Source of the DNA: Scenedesmus sp. PABB004
Lineage: Eukaryota
Assembly (NCBI GenBank): GCA_014905635.1
Contig: JABVCE010000004.1
Coordinates: 1,178,001 to 1,242,000 of the forward strand
Reading direction: 5' to 3'
Length of the DNA: 64,000 bases
Below the pieces are notes generated by a model, which saw only the letters and a program-made list of their open reading frames with translations, made no database searches and was not told the DNA's origin. Position numbers and translations under genes: made by a program. Shown here piece by piece: positions 49,140-60,958 of the stretch. The stretch's first letter is position 1. Each line of letters starts with the position of its first letter.

Positions 49140-50373
49140 ATGGCGGCTGACGCCGGCGACGACGCCGGCGACGACAGCTGGCTGCGCCAGCTGCTCGCGC
49201 GCCTGCAGCCGTGCGCGAGCGCCGGCGATGCCGCGGCGGCCGCGAGCACGCTGCTGGCTCTGCCCTGGCTCGCCCGGCGCGCACCCGCCGCGCTCGCGGC
49301 GGCGGCCGCGGTGTCGCCGGGCGGCGCGCTGGCACTGGCACCGGACGACGGCGCCGGCGAGCACAGCGCGCTGCTGGCGGAGCTCGTGGCGCAGCTCGTG
49401 GCGCGCGGCGACGCCGCGGCGGCGGACCTGCTCGTGCAGTCGCTGCTGCCGCAGCTGCTCGCGTGCGGCGCAGAGTGCGGCGCGCGGGGGCTGCGCGGGC
49501 ACTGGGCGGGGACGCTCTGCGGCGCCGCGGCGGCGCTCTGCGACGACGACGACGCCGGCGTGGCAGACGCGGCCGCCGCGCACCTGGCGGCGCTGGGCTG
49601 GGAGCCCGGCGCGCGCGGCGCGCACGGGGCGCGCCGGGGCGCGCTGGCGCTGGGCGACGCTGCCGCGATGTTGCTGGTCGCGGCCGCGGCCGCGCGGCGG
49701 CGGCTGAGCGGCGGGGCCCTGCGGCGGCTGCTGGCGTGCGCGCTGCGCGGCCTCGCGTGCTCCGCCGGCGAGCTGCGCGGCGAGCTGCAGGCGGTGCTGC
49801 TGCCGGAGCTGCTCGCGGCGGCGGCGGAGCAGCCCGCCGGCGCCGGCTACGCGGAGGCCTGCGCGCAGCTGGTGGCGACGGCCTGCGGCGGCGCCGACGG
49901 CAGCAGCGCCGGCGTGGCCGACGCGCTGGAGACGGCCTGCCGGCTGCAGCTGCACGTGCTGGCGGCGTGCGCGGCGCCGGGCGGAGGCGCCGCCGCCACC
50001 GCGCTGCACGGGCTAATGCTGCGCGGCCTCGCTGCGCGCCACGCGGGCTGCCGCAGCCGCGCGCTGCACCTGCTGGCCGCCGCAGCCGAGGCGGGCTGCG
50101 CGCCGGCGGTGCCCGGCTGGGGCGAGCGGCAGTGGGCGGCGTTTGCGGCGCTGTTCCGCGCCCTTGATGAGCGCGTGCTGCACCTGGTCCAGCCAGTCTG
50201 GGCTGAGCACTGGCCGCAGCTGCAGCTCGCCGCCGGCGGCGGCAGCGGCGCGGGCGTGCTCGTGCGCTGGGCGGGCGCGCTGTTGCGGCGTGCGGCGGCT
50301 CACAGCAAGTACGTGGTGGCTGGGGGCTGACGGCTGGGCAGGCTGGCGGCGCGCACACGCGTTGATGACAACT

Positions 50374-50405
<32 letters not shown>

Positions 50406-53400
50406 AGCGTGTCTGTGCGGCGCCTGGGCCTGGCGGGCCTGCTGGAGCTGCCGCCGGACGCGGTCGGCGCGCTGGCCAGCGGCGGCTGGGCAGCGCTGCA
50501 AGCGCTGCTGCTGGAGCTGCTGGAGGCGTTTGAGAACGAAAAGCTGGTGCCCGCCCCGGGCGCCGCAAGCCGCTCGTCGTCGCATTCGGCCGCGGCGCTG
50601 CAGGGCCAGCTCGCCGCGTTCCTGGCGGGCTGCCTCGCGGCAGCGGTGGCGGCGGTGGCGCCGCAGCAGCAGCAGCAGGGGGGCCTGGCGGCCGGCCTCG
50701 TCACGTCATACCTGGACCGCGCGGCCGAGGTTGCGGCGCGCGCGCCGACCGCGGCGGCGCTGCTCGGCGCGCTCGCAGACGCGGCGGCAGCGGCGAGCGG
50801 CGGCGGCGCGGTGCCGCTGTGCGCGCTGGCGCCGCAGCAGCTGCTGGCGCACGTCGGCGGCGCGCTCGCGCAGGCGCAGCACCTGCACCCCGCGCACCTG
50901 CGGCCGGGCATTTGCCGCAGCCTGCTGCGGCTGGTGCCGCTCTGCGCCGACGCGCGCGACGCCGGCGCGCACGCGGCGCTCACGCTCCTGTCCACCGCCG
51001 GCGTGCCCGTGGCAGTCAGAACTGAACGTTTTGTGGAGTGGCTCGACGCGGCGCTGTGCGCGCCGGGGGCGCAGGGTGCGCCGGACCCACAGGGTGCGGC
51101 GGCGCCGACGCAGCTCGAGGCGTGGCTGGCGCCGCTAGCGCAGGCGGCAGACGGTCAAGCGAGCGGCGCGGCGCAGGGCCTGCCACAGCAGGGGCTGCTG
51201 CGCTGCCTGGGCGCGGTCTCGACGCGACTGTCAGCAGGCGCGCAGCGGGCGGTGGGAGCTGCGCTGGCGGGGGGCGCCGCCGCCGTGGGCGCGGCGCGCG
51301 GCGCGCAGCTCGCGGCCGCGCCCAGCCTGGCGGCCCTGGCGTGTGGCTGCGTGGCGGCGCTGCGCAGCACGCCGGGCGGCGACGCCACGCTCGCGGGCGG
51401 CTTGGCGCAGTTGGTGCCGGCGCTGCTGCAGCACCACGCCAGCGCGTGCCTGGCGCAGCAGGCGTATGACGCCGCCTGGTCCGACTGGCTGGCGCAGCTG
51501 CTGGAGGGCCTCCTGCTGCCGGCGGGGGAGCAGGCGCAGGAGCTGGAGCTTCAGCTGGAGCTCCAGCGGCTGCAGCAGGCGGCGCGGGCGGGCCTGGCGG
51601 CGTGGGCCCAGCGCCTGGAGCCCGACCTGGCGGCGGCCGCTGCCGACGGCGCGGCGCTGGACCAGCAGCTGCTGGCGCTGAGCACTGCGCAGCTCGCCGT
51701 CCTCGTGCTGCCGAGCGGCGCGGCGCCCGCCGCGGACGCGCCGCGCTGCCTGCAGCACCTGTGCCGGCTGCAGCCCGCGGCGGCGTTCAGCCTCGCGTGG
51801 CAGGCGAGCGCCGCGACACGCGGGGGCGCCCCCGGCAGGGGCGAGCTCTCCGAGGCGCTGCTGGTGCACCGCGCGCGCCTCGTCGCGCGGCTGGTCGCCG
51901 GCGCGGGCGAGGCGCTGGACGCCACGACGCGGCGGCTCATTTTCGACAGGCGCGGCGTGTGTGTGTGTGGAAGGGGGGGGGGATGCTCGGGTTTTGCCGG
52001 GAGGGAGCGCGCGGCGGCCGCAGCCGTGCGAGCTGTCCAAGAGCCGCCGCCGCCGCCGCTGCCGCCAGGTGTCTCGAGGACCTGGAGTGGAGTGCGGCCT
52101 CGGATGCCGGCCTGGCGCCGCTGCTGCGCGCGCTGGCCGCGACGGCGCCGTTTGAGCTGCTGCCGCCGGCGCCTGGCGCGCCGGCGCCGCCGGGCTTGGG
52201 CGCCTGGGGCGCCCCGGGGCCGGCGGCCAGCCTGCAGGGGATGCTGGCGCTGCTCGCGCCGCTGCTGCGTGGCGGCAGCGGGCGGCGCAGCGGCGCGGCG
52301 GCGGCGCAGCTCGTGGGCGTCGCGTTCAATGCTCAGCTATTCAACGACAGGTGAGCGGCGGCGCCGGCGCGCGCCGAGCCCCGCCGCGCCCTAAAGCACT
52401 GTCCCGCCACCAGCGCACACACACGCCCTTACACACGCACGCGGCACCACGCCCCTGACGCCCCCGCCGCCGCCCGGCAGGGGCCTGCGGAGCTACGTTG
52501 AGGCCAGCCTGATCCCGGTCGGCCTTGCGCACGGCGGCGCGCGGCTGTCCGTGGCGGTGATGGCCCACCTCTCCGGCGTGCTCGCGCCGCGCCCCGCCTT
52601 GCTGCTGGACTATGCGCCCTGCCTCATACACATGGCCGCGTTCAGCCTGTTTGCGCCGCGCGTCGACGGCGCGGCCGCGCTCGCGCAGCAGCACTGCGAC
52701 GCGGGCGTGCTGCTGCCGGCGCGCGTCGTGTGCTGCGCCTTTCTGGCGCGCCTCGCCAGGCGCGGCGCGGCGGCGCGCCCACGGGGCCGGCGGCGCGCCC
52801 CGAGCCCCCGGCGCCGCCGCGGCAGCCTCGGACGGCCCGGCCCGCGCGCCTGCCCGCCCGCAGGTCGGGCCGCCACGCGGAGCTGACGCGCCGTGTGCTG
52901 CTGGGCCTGCTGGACATCGCGCAGGCAGCGGGTGGGCCCTACGCCTGGCTGGGCGGTCGCGAGGCGGGGCAGGGCAGTGCAGTCAACGCCGTCAAGGTCG
53001 CCGTCTGGCAGGCGCTCTGCCTGCTCGCGCCGCACGCTGGCGCGCTCGCCGACGAGGCGCTGGAGCGCGGCTGGGCGTGCCTGCTGCAGTGCCACGCGCA
53101 CACCAACATCCGCCCGCACGTGCAGCTCTTCCTCCTCACCCTGCTGACCGGCCGCCCGCCGGCGGTCGAGCGCTACCTGCTGCCCGCCCTCGCCAGCTTC
53201 TCGACCACCAGCTACCAGGTGTGTGCTTGTGTGTTTGTGTTGTGTGGGTGGGGAGGGCGGGGGAGCAAGGTGCTGGCACTGCGCCCTGTGAGGCGGCCAC
53301 CGCGGCGAGCGACGCCGCGCCGCGCGCGCCCTCTGCGGCGGCCGGCGGGCCGCAGGTCACTACCTCGGTCACCATCCTGGCCCTCTTCGTGCTCCGCGGC

Positions 53401-54103
53401 GCCGACCCGGGCTCCCCCACTTCATGCCCCTCCTGCGCGCGCTGCTGCCGTGGGCGCTGCACCACCGCCACGCCGTGCGCGTGCCCGTGCAGGTGCGGCG
53501 CCGCCGCGCGCCGCGCGCGCGGTGCGCCTCAGCGCGGCGCGTGCCGCCGCTCACGCCGCCGCCGCCGCCGCGCTGGCAGGCGCTGCTGCACGTGGTGTTG
53601 GGCCGCGACCTGCCGGCGCTGGAGCCGGCGCTCGGGCCCGAGGCGGCCACGCTGCTGCGCGGCGTGTGGCGCTTCCTGGAGGAGAACGAGGAGACGGCCA
53701 AGCTGCGACAGCGCCAGGCGCTGGTGGACCTTGAAAACTTTGACCTCGCGAATGAGACGAGCCTGGAGGGCGTGTTCGGGGTGAGCGCTGCCGCTGCCGC
53801 GCCCGTGCCCCTGCGCGCGCGCGCGCGGCGCGGCGGCGCGGCGGGCACCCCGCCGGCCGCGCGGCCAGGCCCCGCGCCGCGCCGCTCGCAGGTGCGCGAG
53901 GCACAGCTGGAGCAGCTGCTCGATGGCGAGGGCGACGCGCAGGGCCTCGCGTGGCACGTGCACGTGCGCGACCGCCTGCCGCTCGACCTGCTGCGGTCGC
54001 TGCCGGGTGCGCTCAAGGCGGTCGGCGGCCGCAATTACGCCCGAGGCGGCGGCGCCGCCGCCCCAGACGGCGATGCGCCGGCGAGCGACGAGGAGGCCGA
54101 CGA

Positions 54104-54142
<39 letters not shown>

Positions 54143-55076
54143 GGACGAGTCGGGCGGCGGCGGCGGCGCGGCCATGCTGCAGTTCCGGCCCCGGGCGCAG
54201 GTGGGGCGGCGGGCGCGGCGGGCGGGCGCGCGCCGCCGCCCTGGCGGCCTCCGCGCTGAGCGCGCCGCGGCCGCCCGCCGCATTTGCCCCCACCCCAGGC
54301 GCCGCTCTTCGATGACGACGCCGCGGAGCGCGCCGACGCGCTGGCTGCGGGGCGCGCTGTGCGGCCGGGGCTCGTGGTCGTTGCGTCACTGCTCACGAAC
54401 CTGCCCAACCTCGCAGGCCTCTGCAGGTGTGTGTGTGGGGGGGGGGACGGCTGGCAAAGCAAAGCGGCGCGCGCGCCCGCGGCGGCGGCGGTCCTACGAT
54501 GCGCGCCGCGCGCGCTCGCGCTGCCGTTGCCGCGCCTGGGGCCGCGCAGGACGTGCGAGTCGCTCGGCGTCGAGGCGCTGGTGCTGGCCAACCGCGCGGT
54601 CACGGCGACCGAGGCGTTCAAGCGGCAGAGCGTGACGAGCGAGCGCTGGCTGCGCCTGCTCGAGGTGTCGGCCGCCGACCTGCCCACATTCCTCGCGGAG
54701 CGCCGCACACAGGGCTACACGCTCGTCGGTGAGCCCGCCGCCGCCGCGGCCGCGCGGCTGCGCCGGCAGCGCGCAGACCGCCGCCGCCGCCGCCCCGCGC
54801 CGCACGCGGCGCCCGGGCACAGGCGTGGAGCAGGCGACGGGCAGCGTGCCGCTGCAGCGCTTTGCCTTCCCCCGCCGCTGCGTGCTGCTGCTCGGCAACG
54901 AGCAGTGCGGCGTCCCCGCGGCGCTGCTGCACGAGCTGGACGCGTGCGTCGAAATCCCGATGCTCGGCGTCACCCGCTCGCTCAACGCCCACGTGTCAGG
55001 CGCGTTGGTCGCCTGGCAGTACACGACGCAGTGGCTCCCAGGGCGGGGCGCGGACGGCACGGGCGCGCGCGCGTGA
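49140..55076 (+). CDS. TARBP1: tRNA (guanosine-18-2'-O)-methyltransferase TARBP1/Trm3 (long helical N-terminus, C-terminal SpoU domain); apparent frameshift at ~53416
   Basis: LVVVASLLTNLPNLAGLCRTCE, SVTSERWL, GVEQ, LLLGNEQCGVP, CVEIPMLGVTRSLNAHVSGAL. The upstream Leu/Ala-rich helical exons link in phase except at one C5 run. Confidence 0.9.
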
Positions 55077-55120
55077 CCGGCGGCGGCGCGCGGGCAACTC
55101 ACGCGTCGCGCCCGCCGCAG

Positions 55121-57603
55121 TCACTGCGCGCTGAGGAGCGCCGACACGGTCGCCGCGTTCACGCGCGACACGAGCTCCAGCACGCGCGCCCGCTGCGGCT
55201 CAAAGTCGGCCGCCGCCGCGTGCTCGCGCACAAACTCGGCCGCCGCGTCGACCTGCGCCTGCACCTGGCGCGCCTGCGCCTCGAGCCGCTCGATCGCCGG
55301 CCACGCGGGGTTGGCCTTCAGCTGCGCCTCCGCCGCCTGCTGCTGCCAGGCCTGGTCCGCAAGCTCCGCCTGCGGATGCGGCGCGGCCGGGCGGGCTCGC
55401 GGCCACAAACCCGGCCGGCAGTCGGCGGCGCCCCGCGGCCGGTCAGCGGCGCGCCGCGCGCACCTTGAGCGCGTCGCGCCGCGCCTCCACCTCCGCGCGC
55501 GCCGCCTCGAGCCGCTCCCGCGTCGCGGCCTTGGCGCCGCGCGCGCCCTCGACGTCCGCGAAGCGCTCGGCCTCGGCCTGCAGGGCCGCCACGCGCTCGC
55601 GCAGGCCCGCGAGCTCGGCGCCGATCTTGCCGCCGAGGCCGTCCACGCGCGCGAGCTCGCCCCGCGCGGCCGCGAGCGCCTCCGCCTCGCCCTGCGCCGC
55701 CCCGCCCGCCGCCGCGGGCCCGTTCCCTCGCTGCAGCTCGCGGCGGGCCGCGCCGCCGCCGCCGCCGCCGCCGCCGCCGTCGCCGCGCGCGCGCAGGGCG
55801 GCGAGGCGCGCGAGCGCCGCGTTGATCGCCTCGCCCCGCGCGGCCAGTTCGGCGGCCTTGGCGGCGCGGCGCTGCGGGAAGGCGTCCATGAAGGCACGCA
55901 GCTCGCGCTCCTTGCCCACCAGCTCGCCAAACTTCTCCCTGTGTGCGCGTGCGTCCCGGCGGCGGCGGGTGCGCGCGACCGCGCGCGGCACCGCCGGCCG
56001 CGTGGCACGCGCGCGCGGGCAGCGCCCCGCTGCGTCGCGCACCTCCGGCTCGCGTCGTCCTGGCCCAGCGGCGCCGCGGCGTTGGGCCCGGCGGCGGCGG
56101 CGGCCTCGAGCGCGCGCACCTCGTCCTGCAGCGCGCGCGCGCGTGCGGTGTCGCGCTCGACCGCCGCGTTGTCGCGCTTGATGCGTGCCAGCAGCGCCTC
56201 CCGCTGCTCCTCCGGCGACGCCTGGGCCGCCTTCTCGGCCGCCGCGAGCTCGTAGCGCCGCTCCGTCAGCACCTTGAGTTGCTCCTGCGGGCGGCGAAGA
56301 GCCCAGCGGCGCGGGCGGGCGGGCGGTGGCGGCCGGTGGCCCGCTCACTCAGGGAGAGCGGGCCGGGAGAGCACAGGCCCCCTGGCGACCGCTGCCGTGC
56401 GGAGAGGCTCGCCGCCACGCCTGCAGCTCCAGCGCGCGCTGCTTGAAGCCGTTGCGCCCCAGCTCGCCCTCCGCCGCGGCGAGCGCGGCACTGAGCTCGG
56501 AGAGGCCCTCCTCGAAGCTCGCCGCCTGCGCCAGCAGCGCCGCCTGCTCCGCGAGCGCCTCGGCGTGCGCGGCGCGCGCGCTTGGCGGCATGCTGGCCAG
56601 CCGCGCGTCGAGCGTGGCCTGTATGCCTGCGATCTGCCCCTCCACCTGGGCGGGCCGGCGGGTGGTGGGCGGGAGGAGGGGCAGTGAAGGGCGGGCGACT
56701 GTGACCAGGGGCAGCCGGGCCGGGCCGGCCGCGGGCGAGCCAGCCGGCTGCAGCCCCTGCGCACGCGCCTGCTTGGTGCGCTGCTCGAGCGCGAGGCGCT
56801 GCGACAGCACGTCCTCCACGCGGCCGTGCTGCGCGTCGTTGCGGGCGCGGATGTCGGCCAGCTCGGCGTGGATGTGCCCGAGCGGCGTGTGCGACCCCGC
56901 CTGCGCGGCGCAGCGCGGCGCGGCGGGGCGGCGGGCTCAGCGAGGCAGCCGCAGCGGCGGCGGTCTCAGTCCCGTGTGGTTCGTCCAGCCCCCTGCCGCG
57001 CCCTGCTGTCACCTTGTCGATGATGATGTTGCTGTCAGCCAGCGCCTCCTGCAGCGCGCGCACGTCCCTTTTTAGCTGCGCGGCCGCCTTGTCCGCGCGC
57101 GCGGCGGCCGCCTTCTTCTGCTCCAGCAGCTCCAGCTCCTCCTGCGCGCGACGCGGCGGGCACCGGTCGGCGGCGGCCGGCGCCGGCGCCGCGGCAGCGG
57201 CGGCGCGCTGCGCGCTGCGCGCGCTGCGCCGCACCCGCATCTGCGCGACCGCGGCGATGATCTGCTGCCGCTTCTGGCGCAGCTCGCCGACGAAAAAGGT
57301 GCGGTCCAGCACCTGCCGCCCGCCGGGCCCGGGCGTCGCGCGGGGGCCGCCCATGCCCTGCGCCGTGAGCGGGCGCGGCACCGCCGCGAGCGCCGAGTCC
57401 AGCGCCGCGCCGCCGCCCGCGACGCGCTTGAACGCCATGCCCGGCGGCCCGCCGCCGCGCGACGCCGTGCCCGGGGGCGGGCCCTGCGCGCTGCCCAGCA
57501 GCCGCTGCGCCGTGCTGGGGCGCTCTGGGCGCTCCACGCCGCTGCCCGTCGGCGCCTTGGCGAGCCCGCCCGCCAGCAGCCCCCGCGAGGCGGGGCGGTC
57601 CAT
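55121..57603 (-). CDS. IFT74: Intraflagellar transport protein 74
   Basis: MDRPASRG...KAPTG...RPLTAQGMGG...GRQVLDRTFFVGELRQKR, LQEALADSNIIIDK, EQREALLARIKRDN; resembles Chlamydomonas IFT74 as I recall it. Confidence 0.92.
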
Positions 57604-57848
57604 GGCGCCGTGCAGCGCTGATGCGCGCTCGTGGGGCCTCGAAACGCGCGGCCAGGGGCAGCAGCCAGGCGGGGGAGGCGGGAGCGGGCCGTTTGACCGC
57701 CGCTGCCGGGCTGCCGCTTTTGCGCTCCTGCGGGATCCGCTGCCTCACCAGCCGCGCGCAGGGACGCTGAGCTCGACCCAGGGCTCGCACGGGACCAGCG
57801 CGGTTCAACGCTGCGTCCCGCCGCTGCTCCGCGCGCCGCGCCGCCGCG

Positions 57849-58750
57849 TCACTTGCCGGCGCCGCCGCCCCGCTGGTCGGCCAGCCAGCTGAGACCGCCG
57901 CTCACGAGCGCGCCGGCCATGAGCACGCCGATGGCGGGCTGGAACACGAGCGGCCACAGCGGCATCCACGCGTCGATCAGCGCGCCGCTCCCGGTCGCGC
58001 CCTTGAGCGCCAGCCCCGCGCCCAGCCAGCCCAGGATGGCGAGCACCAGGAAAAAGTCGGCAATCAGCAGCTTTGGGGGCGGCGGCGGCACAGCGGGCGG
58101 GTGGGGGTGCGGGGTGGGCGTGGAGGCAGCAGTTGGGCGAGCAATCGCCGCGCGGCACTGGCCAGCCCGCTGCAGTCGGCCCGCCCGCGGCCCCACCTTG
58201 TCCACCGCCTCCTTGACCGGCGAGCTGCTGGGCTGCTGCTGCTTCTGCGCGCGCGGCGGCGTCGGCAGCGGCGGCGGCGGCGTCAGGCCGGCCCCGGCGC
58301 CGCGGCGCACCGCGAGCGCGCCGGCGCGCACTCGGCGCACCTGCTCGGCCGCGGCCGGCGGCTGGCGCGCCGCGAAGCGCTCCATGTCCTGCTTCATGAT
58401 CTCGCTCAGGTCTGCGCCGGGCGGCGCGCAGTGCGGCGCGCAGCGCGGCCGCGGTGAGCCGCCGCCGAGGCGGCGGGCGCCGCCGTGCGACCAGCGCCCT
58501 CGCTGGCGAACGCACCCTCACCGCCCTCCGGCGCGGCGCGCGCCAATGTCGTCCGCCCCCAGCTGCTGCCCGCAGCTGGACGCGCCGGCTGCCTGCGGAG
58601 AGCGGGGCGTGAGCGCGCAGCGAGCGCACGCAAGCAGCGCCGCGGCCGCCGCTGCCGCGCGCCGCACCTGCAGCCCGCCAGCCCGCGCCTGCTGCTCGGG
58701 GAGCTCGTGCAGCTGCTGGGAGGCGCGGCGCGGCGCGCCAGGGACGCCAT
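57849..58750 (-). CDS. Small two-TM protein with transit-peptide-like leader (probably plastid membrane; 5 exons)
   Basis: MASLARRAAPPSSCTSS...DLSEIMKQDMERF...KEAVDK|LLIADFFLVLAILGWLGAG...WMPLWPLVFQPAIGVLMAGALV. Confidence 0.75.
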
Positions 58751-59133
58751 CGTCCGCGATCTGCTGCTCCGGCAAACCGGCGGCCTCCGCGCTGCTGCTG
58801 GGGGTCGGGCGCTGCTCGGAGCGGGTGCGTTGCGGTCCTGTGAGCTCGGCGGCGCGTCGCAGATTTGGCGCGGCTGGCGCCAGAACTCCTGGGTGAAGCG
58901 CCGGTTGGCGGCGGCGCTTCAGTGCCGCGGCTGCCGTCGCCGTCAAAGTCGCCGCCTGGCCGCCCTCACTCACCAACACCACACCGACGCTTGCGTCGAG
59001 AGCGCCGCCAAAACGCCCGCGGCAGCGGCGCCGGGCGCCGTCGAAACTCTACCACACGCCGCCGCGGCGCGCGTGCGCAGCGACTGGGCCCGCCAGCCCG
59101 CGTGCTGAGGCGCAGCTGCTGGCGGTCGTTGGG

Positions 59134-60675
59134 ATGACGCGCCTGGACGCGCCGCCGGCCGCGCGGCAGCCGTGCGCGGTCGGCGCGCCGCCGCTGCGCA
59201 TCCGGCCCTACGTCCCCGCGTCCGACCACGCCCGGGTGCTGGAAATATGCAAGACCGTCTGTGAGTGTTGTTTTCGCCTGCGGCTGGGCGTTGCGCCGCA
59301 CGCGCGCCGCGCGTGCGGCCGGCCGAGGGCGCTGACCACCTGCTCCGCCCCGCGCAGACGGCGGCACCGACTACATCCCCCGCCGCATCCAGCACTACGC
59401 GTCGCGGTGCGTGCGGCGCGGCAGGCAGGGCGAGAGGGGGGCGCCCGCTGACCCCGGCGCGCGAGGCTCAGCTCGCGCAACCCCCGCGCGCCCCGCGCCC
59501 GCCTAGGCCGGACATGACCGTGCTGGTCAGCGAGCCCAGCGGCGGCGACGGCGAGGCAGGCATCAACGGTCTGGGTGCGCGGGCGGCGCCGCCGCGCGGG
59601 GCTGACGCGGCGCGCGCGGGAGCCAACTCCGCCGCGCCGCGCGCCGGGCCGACGCCGACGCCGCCGCGCCGCCGCAGTGTGCGGACACAGGCGTGGCAGC
59701 TCCTTCTTCCTCTTTGGCCTCCGCGTCTGCGAGGCGGCGCGCGGGCGCGGCGTCGCGCGCGCGCTCATGCAGCGCGTGTCGAGCGCGGCGTGCTCGCGCG
59801 CGCACGGGCCGGTCGCGGCGGTGACGAGCGCGACCATCCCGCAAAACGCGGCCGCTGTGCGCCTGTTTGAGGGCCTGGGCTTCACGCACACGCACACCGT
59901 CGACGTGTGGCCGCCGTCCGGCTGCCTGCGCAGCTACGAGGCGGCCGTGGACTTCGTGCCGGGCGTGACCAGCCCGTCGCACGCGCCCGCCGTCGCGCTC
60001 GTCGACCACGCGCCCGGTGCGCCCGCCGCGCGGCGGCGGCGGCGGCCCGCGGCGCCGCGGCCGGGCTCGGGCGCGCGCGCTGCGCCACGCGCCCGCGGCG
60101 CCCCCCGACCCCCCGCCGCGTGCCGCGCCGCAGGCGCGCGGGCGGCGCTGGAGCAGGGCGAGCGCAGCCTGGGCGTCGGCGCGGCGCACTGGGTGCGCTG
60201 CGAGAGCGTGGAGCAGCTGCGGCGCGCGGTCGCGTGCGTGCGGCGGCAGCAGGCGCAGCTGGCGCCGGAGCTGCTGCAGGGCCTGGCGCAGGGGCTGCCG
60301 GACGCTTGGCTGCCGGGGCCGTACGAGACCTGGCCGCTCGATTCGCCCGAGGTCGCCGAGCGGGTCGCAGCCGGCGACGTGTGGCTGCTGCCCCAGCCCC
60401 GTCAAGGCGGCCTGGTCGCAGCGATCGTCGTCACCACGGTCTCGGTCGAGTTCAGGCGTTGCGTGGCGGGCGCGCTGAGCGTGGGCGACGCGCCCGTCGC
60501 GGCGGCGCTGGCCCACGTCGCGCGGCGGCAGCCGCACTTTGTTTGCTTCGTGTGCCGCGGCAGCCGGCATTCGAGCGGCGCGCCCGACCCGGGCGTCGTG
60601 CTGCCGCTGCCGTGGGCGGGCGCCGGCGAGCCGGCCGGCTGCTTCAACGTCTATGCGCGGGCCCACGAAGCTTGA
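59134..60675 (+). CDS. GNAT family acetyltransferase, NAT16/histidine N-acetyltransferase-like N-terminus (5 exons)
   Basis: VLEICKTVYGGTDYIP, GLRVCEAARGRGVARAL (acetyl-CoA motif A), NAAAVRLFEGLGF (motif B). Confidence 0.85.
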
Positions 60676-60958
60676 GCGTGTAACGGCCACACGCGAGCGA
60701 AGCGGCTCGGGCGGCGCACCGCGTCTGCCTCCTGCTTCACGTGCCAACCGGGGTCCGGCGGGACCCCGCCGACCGCCAGCGGCGCGTGCGCCCGCCGCTG
60801 CGCCCTGACGCGCGGCGCCGCCACAATGCCCCGGCTCGCCGCGGCTCCACGCACAACGTCAGACGCACACACGGCTCCCCCGCTCGCTCGCGCCGCCCCT
60901 CCGCACGCAGGCAGCGCGCAGGCGCCCGCCAGCTTTCGGCGCCCGCCGGGATGCTCTC

